From positions 224,001-288,000 of the forward strand of contig CAVRCJ010000003.1 of the NCBI GenBank assembly GCA_963719515.1: a stretch of 64,000 bases of DNA, written 5' to 3'. The position numbers and the translations under genes are program-made. A model generated the notes under the pieces. It did no database searches. It was not told where the DNA came from and worked only from the letters and a program-made list of their open reading frames with translations. Shown here in pieces: positions 30,239 through 38,940 of the stretch (position 1 is the stretch's first letter; each line of letters starts with the position of its first letter). The DNA comes from an uncultured cyanobacterium (lineage in GTDB: Bacteria; Cyanobacteriota; Cyanobacteriia; CAKZMO01).

Positions 30239-31162
30239 ATGTCTCAACTCAACGCGCCGCGTCCTCTGGGTTCTGAGCCTGCTCAAATTTATGCCTGGCG
30301 CGACTATCGCTGCACCTATGACGTCGTGCCCGAAAGCGACGCTGCCGGCGTCGCCCTGCTGCTCATTCATCCCGTCGGGGTCGGGCTGTCTCGTCAGTTT
30401 TGGTATCCCTTTTGCCAAGCCTGGTCGGACAGCGGGTACAGTGGTTCTCTCTACCTGCCTGACCTGCTAGGGTGCGGCGACAGCAGTATGCCTGCCGTGG
30501 CCTATACCCCAGAAGACTGGGCCGACCAGCTCCTGCATTTTTTAACTACCGTAGTGCAGTGGCCCGTGGTGCTCGTCGTTCAGGGGGCGCTGCTGCCCGT
30601 GGCGATCGCCCTCACTCAAAAGGCCGAGACTACGGGGCTGGTGCGCGGTATGGTGCTAGCCGGCCCTCCCGCTTGGCCCGTAGTGACCACGGAAACCCCC
30701 ACCTGGCAAAATCGTCTGCTGTGGAGCCTGTTTTCTTCTCCTGCGGGGCGGCTATTCTACCGCTATGCCCGCCGCCGTCAGTTCTTAGCGTCGTTTTCTC
30801 AAAAGCAGCTGTTTGCCCGTGCGGCAGATGTCACCGACGATTGGCTCGCCATGCTGGTGGCGGGTGCCGCCGACCCTGAAAGCCGTCACGCCGTGTTTGC
30901 CTTCCTAGCGGGCTTTTGGCGACGAGACTACGAGGCCGACTTAGAATCGCTCACCATCCCAACGCTGGTGGTCATGGGCACGACTGCCTCCAGCATCAGC
31001 CGCTCTGGCAAGTCAGAACTCCCCGATGAGAGACTGCAGCAATACCTCAGCCATCTGCCGCAGGGAGAAGGCGTTCGAGTAGAGGGGCGCAACGTGCTGC
31101 CCTATGAGTCAGCTGCTGAATTTGTCCAAGCGATCGCCCCGTTTGTCCTAGCGCGGCGCTAG
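30239..31162 (+). CDS. Alpha/beta-fold hydrolase-like protein
   Basis: LLLIHPVGVG, PDLLGCGDS and NVLPYE. It lacks GxSxG, so it may be non-catalytic. Confidence 0.75.
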   Translation: MSQLNAPRPLGSEPAQIYAWRDYRCTYDVVPESDAAGVALLLIHPVGVGLSRQFWYPFCQAWSDSGYSGSLYLPDLLGCGDSSMPAVAYTPEDWADQLLHFLTTVVQWPVVLVVQGALLPVAIALTQKAETTGLVRGMVLAGPPAWPVVTTETPTWQNRLLWSLFSSPAGRLFYRYARRRQFLASFSQKQLFARAADVTDDWLAMLVAGAADPESRHAVFAFLAGFWRRDYEADLESLTIPTLVVMGTTASSISRSGKSELPDERLQQYLSHLPQGEGVRVEGRNVLPYESAAEFVQAIAPFVLARR

Positions 31163-32001
31163 GCCTGCCTTACTGCGGCGTGGTTGTGGGGTATGGCACT
31201 AGGGTTTACCGCTTTAGTGCTTATCGCTTCACTGGCCATCGCTTCAGTGTGAGCATCCGTCTCTACGTCATCCTCGATGAAGTCGAAGTCCTCAAAACGA
31301 ATTCCCTCTTTAGACCCCTCACTCAGCTCTTTGTCGGCGTCGGAAACGAGCGCCCCCTGCTGAACGGCATCGAAGGCTAGGTCCTGAAGCTGCTCATAGT
31401 TGAGCTGCGTATCGATGAGAATAGCGTCTTTCAGGTTAGCGCCTTCGACAAAAGCGTACAGCAACCTCGCTCGGGTAAAATTAGCGCTGCGAGCATTGGC
31501 CCGTCTCAAATCGGTGCGCTCAAGGTTAGCCTGCTGAAAGTTCGCGTTGACCAACCGGGCTTGCTTAAGGTTGGTGCCCGTGAACAGGGCATCTGTGCAG
31601 TCTGTGCGGCTGAGGTCAGCGCCCGAAAAGTTTGACTCAACGCAGTCTGCATGAGTGAGCTTAGCGCCCAGCAGAACGCAGCCGGTGAGGTTAGCCGCCA
31701 TCAGCCGGGTGCCGATCAGCCGGGCACCAATTAGCGTAGACCAGCTGAGGTCGGAGCCTGCAAGGTGAGCTCCGATTAAATTTGCACGCGTCAAGTTGGA
31801 AAGACTCAGCCGACACCGATAGAGATTGGTAAAGCTGAGGTCAGTGCGGGTGAAATTGGTGCGGCTCAAATCAAATCCCGATAAATCGAGCTTGGTCAAG
31901 TTGATGCCGCTGAGATCGGGCTGAGTTTGGTAGCGGTCTCGCCACTCGTTCCACAACGGGGCACCTTTAGTCAGCAGAATGAGATGTTCCCAATTTGCCA
32001 C
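31159..32001 (-). CDS. Pentapeptide-repeat protein
   Basis: WNEWR..PDLS N-terminus followed by A(N/D)Lxx repeats. Confidence 0.9.
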   Translation of the reverse strand: MANWEHLILLTKGAPLWNEWRDRYQTQPDLSGINLTKLDLSGFDLSRTNFTRTDLSFTNLYRCRLSLSNLTRANLIGAHLAGSDLSWSTLIGARLIGTRLMAANLTGCVLLGAKLTHADCVESNFSGADLSRTDCTDALFTGTNLKQARLVNANFQQANLERTDLRRANARSANFTRARLLYAFVEGANLKDAILIDTQLNYEQLQDLAFDAVQQGALVSDADKELSEGSKEGIRFEDFDFIEDDVETDAHTEAMASEAISTKAVNPSAIPHNHAAVRQA

Positions 32002-32147
32002 AAGCGGCCTCCGGACAGAATTGAGGATTGTAGGAGCGATCGCGTAGAAGGTCTTGAATACTCTTCTGCGGTAGGCTATCCTATCCGGCGGATGCGGGTG
32101 AAAAGGAGATGAAGCGGTGCTAACTCAAGGTGAAGATAGACCGGAGC

Positions 32148-33044
32148 CTAAACGGTTGGCTCCTGCTCGTCGCCAAAGCGAATCAGCAAAGCGATCGCCA
32201 AACTCACCGCTAAAATTAGCATCATGCTGAGAGCCGAGCCAAAGCCCCAGTTGCGCGCTGCCCCCAAAAACTGGTTGTAGATTAAGCGCGGAATGGTCAT
32301 GCTAGAGGCTCCCCCCAGCAGCTCGGGCACGACAAAATCTCCCATGCTGGTAATAAACACCAGCAGCATCCCGGCAACGATGCCCGGTAGGCTTTGGGGC
32401 ACCGTCACCCGAAAAAACGTTTGGCGCGGCGTGGCTCCCAGATCCGCTGAGGCCTCTAGCAGCCGCCGGTCGAGCTTCTCTAGCGACGCATAGAGAATTA
32501 GCACCATGTAGGGCAGGTAGTTGTAGGTGAGGCCGATGAGCACGGCAGGACTATCGTTGAGCCACCCTTGCCCCGGTAGGCCCAAAGCCGCCAGCGCCGT
32601 ATTCAATACCCCCGAGGGCCGCAGTATGGTAATCCAAGCATAGGACCGCAGCAAAGACGAAGTCCACAGCGGCAGCACGAAAGCCACTAAGAACAGCGTG
32701 CGCCACCGCTGGGGGGCCATGAGGGCAATCCAGTAGGCCACGGGAAACCCCATCAGCAGGCAGGCTACGGTGGCCCCAGTCGCGTAGTAGAGCGATCGCG
32801 CCATCACCTGCAGATACACCGGCTCTAAGATTCGCAGGTAGTTGCCGGGGCCGTAATTTTCGATGGCGTCCTCGGGCCGCAGCCCCGGCACCATGCTGAT
32901 CTCCAAGATCAAGATTGTGGGTAAAACCAGCAGCAGCAGCAGCCACAGACCGGCGGGTGCGAGCAGGACTATGGGTTGAACAGCCTGCCTGAGGCGACGA
33001 CGCCAGGGCGAGGCGGCTGGAGGGACCGGAGTGGTGGTAGACAT
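32148..33044 (-). CDS. potB: Polyamine ABC transporter permease (PotB-like)
   Basis: LPLWTSSLLRSYAW, EASADLGA loop and GDFVVPELLGG. Confidence 0.85.
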   Translation of the reverse strand: MSTTTPVPPAASPWRRRLRQAVQPIVLLAPAGLWLLLLLVLPTILILEISMVPGLRPEDAIENYGPGNYLRILEPVYLQVMARSLYYATGATVACLLMGFPVAYWIALMAPQRWRTLFLVAFVLPLWTSSLLRSYAWITILRPSGVLNTALAALGLPGQGWLNDSPAVLIGLTYNYLPYMVLILYASLEKLDRRLLEASADLGATPRQTFFRVTVPQSLPGIVAGMLLVFITSMGDFVVPELLGGASSMTIPRLIYNQFLGAARNWGFGSALSMMLILAVSLAIALLIRFGDEQEPTV

Positions 33045-33077
33045 AAGGACTTGGGAGAGGTGATGGGTGAGTCCTCT

Positions 33078-35498
33078 CTAGGCATCCTTCACTTGTACCG
33101 CAAATCGTGCGCTCCGCAGCGTTTTCTCCTCAGAGGCGACGAATTCAAAGTGAATCTCCCCGCTCTGTACAGGGGGAATATCCACATAGGCGATGCCCAA
33201 AGGCGTCATCACAGCGTCTTGGGTCTGGCTATCAGAACCAGTACCAGAGCCAGCGCTAGAGCCGGACTGGGTCCACCAGCGGAGGGTAAACTCTTCGGGG
33301 ACCTGTACCCTGAGCACATACCCCGGCTTGATGCGAGCCACGCGGCGGTTGGGTTTCCAGATTTCCAGATAGCGGCGATTATCTCTAGGCTGTTGGTAGC
33401 GCTCTGCCACCTCTGGAATGTAGTCGAATACCTTGCCGTCGCTGAGCGATCGCAGCAGCTTAATATACTCCGAGTGCGCCCACATCAGCGGCATGGCCGA
33501 GCCGGTGGGCCGCCCGAGGTGCATATGGGCCTCGGGGATGTCATCTGTGTCCCAGCTTTGCTCCGGCAGCATTCCCGTGTCGTTGGCGAACCCCTCTATT
33601 GACTCCAGCAGTGGCCCAATGTCGTGGCCTGCCGCTAGCTCGTAGTGGGCCCGCTCTCCGGTGAGCAGGGGCCAGATGCGGCCCACGCCAGTCTCCTCGA
33701 AGGCGGTGCCGTCGGCCTGCTGGCCGTAGCCGTCGTGGTTGTAGCGGTGCCAGCCTACGCCGCTCGGCGTTTCGGTGCGTAGCGCGGCGTCTACGACCTT
33801 GAGCGAATCGACGATTAGCGGATCGTGGGGGCTGCGAATGCCGTAGCGCACCAGCTCTAAAAAGCCCCCATCTACAACGTCTTTGGCCGGAAACGCCTGG
33901 TCGCCTTGAGGGCGGTTGATGATGTAGAGCGTAGCGGTGTTGGGATCTTCGCAGGGAGCAGGGTCGTCTATCTCGGCGGGCAGCACCCGGATAAAGTGGC
34001 GGGGGATATCGGGGACAAGACTGCCTTGAGTGGTCACCGTCCAGGCTTCGAGGTGGTCTTCTAAAAAGTCAGCGTACTCCTCAAGGAACTGCGCCGTCTC
34101 GACTTCATCCCGCAGGCGGGCAAGGCGGGCTGCACAGACAAGAGCCGCGATGCTGGTGGCCAGAGTCGAGGGGGAGTATCCGCAGGCCTCTTCCCAGCGC
34201 TCTTGCTCCGTGGCGGGGCCGTGAATAATCAAGAAGCTCGCCGCCTTCTTCACCATTGTGTAGGGGTCGAAGTTTTGCAGCGTCTCTTCGCAGTGGAGGG
34301 TGTAGGCCAAAATGATGGGTAAGGCCACTTGGTCAAGCTGTACCCCGCACCAGTGGGCGTCGCCGTTGATCCAAAAGTTTTGGGGGAAGCCGCCGCTGTC
34401 CTGCTGGCTGGCCGCTAGGTAAATCAGCGCTCGCAGCGGCGTTTCCGAATTGCCCGCTGCCAGCAGCCCGCGAGCGCTGTTGACCATATCCCGCACCCAC
34501 ACGAGGTGATAGCCCCCCTGCTCATCGTCTCCTTTGGTGTGGCCCCAGGGAATGGCGAGGGAGGCAATCAGCGCCCCGGGATAGGTCTTGTCCTCATGGG
34601 CCATCAGCAGGCTGAGGCTGGTGTGGTAGAGGTGCCCTTCATCGTGGGTGAACTCGACTAGGGCAGCGCGCGTGTCGTTGCAGCAGGGCGGCTCCCACTG
34701 CTGCTGAAACTGCTCCTTTTGGGTTTCGAAAGGTTCGCTGAGCGCCTGCAGCACCGTCGTCACCGCCGCGTGACGACAGTCGCCGAAGCCAATGCCCAGG
34801 GTAAAACCATCGTCTTGCCGCCAGTCCAGCTCCGCCGTCAGGGCCGTGTTTCCGTCCTTGGCTTGGTCAGACTGATAGTCGAGCTGTCCGTTGTCGCGCA
34901 GGTCTTGCCAGCCGTCGCTAGTGCCCACATACCCAGCGGAGGCCTGGATCAGGGGAACCGTCGCGGCGATCGCCAGCCAGGTCTTTTCGCGGGTCGCCAC
35001 CAAGACGGTGCGCCCCGCCACGTTCAAAATCTGCGCAGTATTGCCCCAGCCCGCCACATCTATATGGGGCGCACACAGCACGTAAAGCTGTAGCGCATCG
35101 AGGACAGCGCTATCCCCTGAGAGGCGCGTGTGCTGCAGCACGCAGGGAGAGATAGGTGATGAAATAATTTCCTTGATAATCTCGAAGCGTCCATCGGGGT
35201 CCCGGTTGGTAACCCGGTAGCCCAAGGCGTGGGTCCACATTCGTTCGGTGGTCGACTGCAGGTGCGATTTCTCGCTTTGAAACTCGCCTTCTAGGGTGAC
35301 GAGATACTGCAAATCGCGGGTCTGGGGCCGATCGATGGTGGGGTAGTATAGCTCGGTGAGTACACCGTTCCACAGCGTAAACCAGACGCGGCTGGCGGTG
35401 GAATAGGCGGTGCCGACGCCGTCTTTATTGCCCTGAGTCCACCGAGGCTCGGCTCCAAAGGGGCCAAAGGCTTGCCGCTGTCCGCGAAGCTGTATCAT
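33078..35498 (-). CDS. Glycoside hydrolase family 15 glucoamylase/glucodextranase
   Basis: AFGPFG.EPRW, GYHLVWVRD, QERWEE, RYNHDGYG, WPLLTGER and SAMPLMWAHSEY. ATG 35498 chosen because the track start lies inside the IS. Confidence 0.9.
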   Translation of the reverse strand: MIQLRGQRQAFGPFGAEPRWTQGNKDGVGTAYSTASRVWFTLWNGVLTELYYPTIDRPQTRDLQYLVTLEGEFQSEKSHLQSTTERMWTHALGYRVTNRDPDGRFEIIKEIISSPISPCVLQHTRLSGDSAVLDALQLYVLCAPHIDVAGWGNTAQILNVAGRTVLVATREKTWLAIAATVPLIQASAGYVGTSDGWQDLRDNGQLDYQSDQAKDGNTALTAELDWRQDDGFTLGIGFGDCRHAAVTTVLQALSEPFETQKEQFQQQWEPPCCNDTRAALVEFTHDEGHLYHTSLSLLMAHEDKTYPGALIASLAIPWGHTKGDDEQGGYHLVWVRDMVNSARGLLAAGNSETPLRALIYLAASQQDSGGFPQNFWINGDAHWCGVQLDQVALPIILAYTLHCEETLQNFDPYTMVKKAASFLIIHGPATEQERWEEACGYSPSTLATSIAALVCAARLARLRDEVETAQFLEEYADFLEDHLEAWTVTTQGSLVPDIPRHFIRVLPAEIDDPAPCEDPNTATLYIINRPQGDQAFPAKDVVDGGFLELVRYGIRSPHDPLIVDSLKVVDAALRTETPSGVGWHRYNHDGYGQQADGTAFEETGVGRIWPLLTGERAHYELAAGHDIGPLLESIEGFANDTGMLPEQSWDTDDIPEAHMHLGRPTGSAMPLMWAHSEYIKLLRSLSDGKVFDYIPEVAERYQQPRDNRRYLEIWKPNRRVARIKPGYVLRVQVPEEFTLRWWTQSGSSAGSGTGSDSQTQDAVMTPLGIAYVDIPPVQSGEIHFEFVASEEKTLRSARFAVQVKDA

Positions 35499-35583
35499 GG
35501 GAAATTTGCTGAACGGGATTATCCTTTCAAGGTACGAAGGGCAGAGCAGCTTAGCGTCAATCGGAAGAGTTATATTTTGGCTC

Positions 35584-35605
35584 GGGGCGAGGGTGACCTC
35601 GCCCC
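35584..35605. terminator. GC-rich hairpin GGGGCGAGG-GTGA-CCTCGCCCC
   Basis: Perfect 9-bp stem. In the reconstructed empty site it lies about 35 nt downstream of the stop of 37017-37496. Confidence 0.5.
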
Positions 35606-35667
35606 TGCTGCATTGGCCCCATCGCCTAGGGCCTTGACCAAAAATCATGGGTCTAAAGCCCCGTCCT

Positions 35668-35808
35668 TCAGGACGGCTTCTCTAAATGTAGGCGATCTAT
35701 CCAATCTTCTACCAGTTGAGTCATGGTCTTGTCCCTCTCTTTTGCAATCGCCCTAAGCTTTTGCAATCTTTTAATAGAGACTCTTAAATTAAGCTGTCCT
35801 TTTGCCAT
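35668..35808 (-). CDS. 46-aa ribbon-helix-helix (CopG/Arc-like) protein, absent from the ORF track
   Basis: Manual translation MAKGQLNLRVSIKRLQKLRAIAKERDKTMTQLVEDWIDRLHLEKPS*: beta-strand QLNLRV followed by two amphipathic helices. Confidence 0.72.
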   Translation of the reverse strand: MAKGQLNLRVSIKRLQKLRAIAKERDKTMTQLVEDWIDRLHLEKPS

Positions 35809-35851
35809 ACTGCCTACACAATGCCTACGCATCTATGCTATCATAAACAGT

Positions 35852-36976
35852 ATGAGAACATTGAAGTTTAAGATATACGAGCACAAGCGGAACCGGCACC
35901 TAAAGCGCACTATTAATGCTGCTGGGGTGATTTGGAACCACTGCATTGCTCTCCACAAACGGTACTACCGTATGTGGGGCAAACACCTCAATTGCTCTAA
36001 ACTTCAGTCTCATATTGCCAAGCTACGGAGGCGCAATCCGTTTTGGCAGTTGGTGGGGTCTCAGGCTGTGCAGGACATCTGCCAGCGAATTGAAAAGGCA
36101 TACCAGCTGTTCTTTAAGCATCACGGCAAAGGCTATAGGCCGCCTAGCTTTCAGAAGGTAAGGCGATACAAGTCGTTCACCCTAAAACAGGCGGGATACA
36201 AGCTGCTCAATGGTGGTCGTATCAAGATAGGCAGCAGGGTCTACCAGTATTGGAATTCAAGGGAGATAGAGGGCAAGGTTAAGACCGTCACGGTGAAGCG
36301 ATCGCCTTTGGGTGAGCTGTTTTTAGCCGTTGTGGTGGACCAGGAAGCTGAACCAGTTCAAGGCATCGAGACGGGTAAAACCGCTGGTGCTGATTTTGGA
36401 CTGAAGACGTTTCTCACTTTGTCAGATGGTACTCAAATCGAGTCTCCTGAATTCCTGAAAGCATCGCTCAAAGACCTTTGCCGAGCTAGCCGCAACCTAT
36501 CGCGCAAGCGAAAAAAGTCGGCAAACTGGCACAGGGCAAGACTAAATCTAGCTCGCTGCCATGAGGCCATAGCCAATAGGCGACGAGATTGGTTTTGGAA
36601 GCTTGCCCACCGGCTAACCGATACCTACGATGCGCTCTACTTTGAGACGCTGAACCTGAAAGGGATGCAGCGGCTATGGGGCCGGAAGATATCGGACCTA
36701 GCCCTAGCTGAATTTCTCGAAATCCTTCAGTGGGTGGCAAAGAAAAAAGGCAAGACCGTAGCATTCATCGACCAGTGGTATCCCAGCTCTAAAACTTGTA
36801 GCTGTTGTGGGCACGTACTGAAGGAGTTAGATCTAAAACAACGGCAGTGGGATTGCCCTATTTGCAACGAACATCACGATCGAGACTTAAATGCTGCAAT
36901 AAACATTCAACGGGTTGGGGCGTCAACCCGTGGGCTAGGCGATGTCAGACAGGCTCAGCCTGCGATCGCTGCTTGA
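35852..36976 (+). CDS. tnpB: RNA-guided endonuclease TnpB (374 aa)
   Basis: MRTLKFKIY N-terminus; RuvC-I GADFG, RuvC-II YFETL, Zn finger CSCC..CPIC, RuvC-III DRDLNAA. Confidence 0.93.
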   Translation: MRTLKFKIYEHKRNRHLKRTINAAGVIWNHCIALHKRYYRMWGKHLNCSKLQSHIAKLRRRNPFWQLVGSQAVQDICQRIEKAYQLFFKHHGKGYRPPSFQKVRRYKSFTLKQAGYKLLNGGRIKIGSRVYQYWNSREIEGKVKTVTVKRSPLGELFLAVVVDQEAEPVQGIETGKTAGADFGLKTFLTLSDGTQIESPEFLKASLKDLCRASRNLSRKRKKSANWHRARLNLARCHEAIANRRRDWFWKLAHRLTDTYDALYFETLNLKGMQRLWGRKISDLALAEFLEILQWVAKKKGKTVAFIDQWYPSSKTCSCCGHVLKELDLKQRQWDCPICNEHHDRDLNAAINIQRVGASTRGLGDVRQAQPAIAA

Positions 36977-37035
36977 TTCCAGAATCCCCGCTCTTCAGGG
37001 CGGGGAGTACGTCAATTTAACGGTCCGTGACTTCA
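36870..37035 (+). ncRNA. Predicted TnpB omega/reRNA (scaffold overlapping the tnpB 3' end plus a flank-derived guide); 5' boundary approximate
   Basis: Inferred from known TnpB biology and the right end at 37015; guide would begin TTTAACGGTCCGTGAC. Confidence 0.55.
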
Positions 37036-37496
37036 GGAACAGTGACGATAGCGGTGCCAAAGGGAATGAGTCCCTCCAGCATGGGGGTGGTGCCGAATAC
37101 CCGGTAAGGAACGGTCAGACCGTCTAGTCGCCCGCGGACGCGCGAATTGAGCATTACAAGTCGTACGGTCTCCCCTTCGGGAATCGCCTCGTCAAACGTA
37201 ACCGTAAACTCTTCGAAGCCGTAGTCGACGCTGGCCGGAATTGCGTTGCCGTCTTCGTCAAGGACCTCGACGTCGTCTAGTTGGTGAAACGTGACGCAGA
37301 CCACCTTGACCCGGTCGAGGCTTCCGCTCGAGGCCTCGATATCGATGAAGTGGTCCTGGTTTCGCTCTAGCGTGCCAGCATCAGCGACGTAGGGGGCTCT
37401 GATTTGAGCAACAGCGTCAACGACGATCGCCGGAACGGCAACCGTGGCTAGTGCGATCGCTGAAAGCGTTCCAAATACATGCTTTTTCATACCCAT
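37017..37496 (-). CDS. Secreted protein, DUF2808-like
   Basis: Signal peptide; beta-rich with VTFDEAIPEGETV and YRVFG. Confidence 0.65.
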   Translation of the reverse strand: MGMKKHVFGTLSAIALATVAVPAIVVDAVAQIRAPYVADAGTLERNQDHFIDIEASSGSLDRVKVVCVTFHQLDDVEVLDEDGNAIPASVDYGFEEFTVTFDEAIPEGETVRLVMLNSRVRGRLDGLTVPYRVFGTTPMLEGLIPFGTAIVTVPEVTDR

Positions 37497-37726
37497 AGCA
37501 AGTCATATCTCCGTAGTTAGGAACAGGTTGAACAAGGTCCAAGAGGCAGAAGACTGTAACAGCAGCCCTCGGTGGGTGCACTCATGGGTGTCTTGACTTC
37601 AACGGCCTCAATATTAGGAGCCACAGATGAGGACTGGATGAATGGGAGCCGAGCCCCGCTAAGGGAAGTGGTGGGTAAAGCCCTAGATTACGGCGAGCGG
37701 CGCCTTATCGCAGGTTTAACCAATTC

Positions 37727-38914
37727 TCAGACTTTTTCGTGGGGATACCAAATTGAGTCAACTTGACGACTGAGGACTAGGGCCTGATTGTCGATGGACT
37801 GGTCTGAGTCAAGCTTGATAGTCACATGGCCCAGCTTTCGCCCGGGCCTAGACTGACCTTTGCCGTACCAATACACCGTGGCATGAGGAATCTGGGCGAG
37901 CTGCCGCCGCTGAGCCTCATAGTTGCTTTGGGCCTCTTCGTAGCCCAGCAGGTTGACCATCAGCGCCCCCGCCCACTGCAGCGAGGCGTCGCCCAGGGGC
38001 AAGCCACACACCGCTCGCAGCTGCTGCTCAAATTGGGATGTGGCGCAGGCGTCGAGGGTGTAGTGGCCCGAGTTGTGGGTGCGGGGGGCAATCTCGTTGA
38101 TCAAGAGCCGGTTGTCGGAGGTTAGAAATAGCTCAATGCCAAAAATACCCACGACTTCCAGAGCCTGCAGCGTCGCTTTCGCAATTACCCGGGCCGTCTG
38201 CGCGACCGCCGAAGGAAGGTCAATTCCAGCCACCACCCGGCGGCAGACCTGCTCCACCTGCAGGCTTTCCACAACCGGATAGACGGCGATCGCCCCGTCT
38301 TGTCCCCGCGCCGCCATCACGGCTAGCTCACGCTGAAAGGGCACAAACTCTTCAAGCATCCAAAGATCGGCGGGACCTAGGGCGTCAGCCTTGCCGGATG
38401 AGACGACCTGTCGCAGCGCCTCCGAGGTGTGAACCACATGGGTGCCTTTACCGTCGTAGCCGTGGCGGCGGGCTTTGAGCACCAGCGGAAAGGGGAGCGT
38501 GAGGGACTGAGCTGGATCGGTAACGGCAGCCTCTTCTATTTGCGTTGAGGCGTCCAGCGCCATGAACTGCGGCACCGGCAGCCCCAGCGACTGTAGGTAT
38601 TGACGCTGCTCTAGCTTGTCCACTAGCGGAGCCAAAGCCTCTAAGCGGGGGCGAAATAGGGTTTGGCTGTGGGGCAGCGCCTGCAGCGCCGGAATGTCGA
38701 TAAACTCGTTTTCGAAGGTGATGATGTCGCAGCGCTGGGCGAGCCGAGCGGTTGCTTGGGCGTCCTCTACCGGGGCCAAGATGGTTTCTGTGGCGATCGC
38801 CGCGGCTGGGTCTGAGGGGTTTGGGGTCTGAACGATTAGATCGAGTTCTAGAGATTTCGCCGCAGCGCCCATCATCCAGGCTAGCTGTCCGCCACCGATT
38901 ACCCCAACGCGCAT
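37727..38914 (-). CDS. purK: N5-carboxyaminoimidazole ribonucleotide synthase
   Basis: GVIGGGQLAWM, ITFENE, GYDGKG, NEIAPRTHNSGH and RPGRKLGH. Confidence 0.96.
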   Translation of the reverse strand: MRVGVIGGGQLAWMMGAAAKSLELDLIVQTPNPSDPAAAIATETILAPVEDAQATARLAQRCDIITFENEFIDIPALQALPHSQTLFRPRLEALAPLVDKLEQRQYLQSLGLPVPQFMALDASTQIEEAAVTDPAQSLTLPFPLVLKARRHGYDGKGTHVVHTSEALRQVVSSGKADALGPADLWMLEEFVPFQRELAVMAARGQDGAIAVYPVVESLQVEQVCRRVVAGIDLPSAVAQTARVIAKATLQALEVVGIFGIELFLTSDNRLLINEIAPRTHNSGHYTLDACATSQFEQQLRAVCGLPLGDASLQWAGALMVNLLGYEEAQSNYEAQRRQLAQIPHATVYWYGKGQSRPGRKLGHVTIKLDSDQSIDNQALVLSRQVDSIWYPHEKV

Positions 38915-38940
38915 TTTGAGCTACCCATAGTTCTACCTGG

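Larger units (their letters stand above)
35639..37015 (+). mobile_element. IS200/IS605-family element lacking tnpA (IS1341-like)
   Basis: TTGAC flank then left end CAAAAATCATGGG with hairpin AAGCCCCGTCCTTCAGGACGGCTT (35656-35679); right-end hairpin TCCCCGCTCTTCAGGGCGGGGA ending in GTCAA at 37015; no terminal IRs or TSD; visibly more AT-rich than the flanks. Confidence 0.85.

Noticed and set aside
32148..33044. Orphan potB without potA/C/D
   Set aside because: Split ABC operons are common in cyanobacteria, so this is not informative without the rest of the genome.
35723..35851. Track N-terminal extension of TnpB (and of glucoamylase to 35648)
   Set aside because: These extensions overlap the RHH gene, promoter and IS left end; family-typical N-termini begin at 35852 and 35498.
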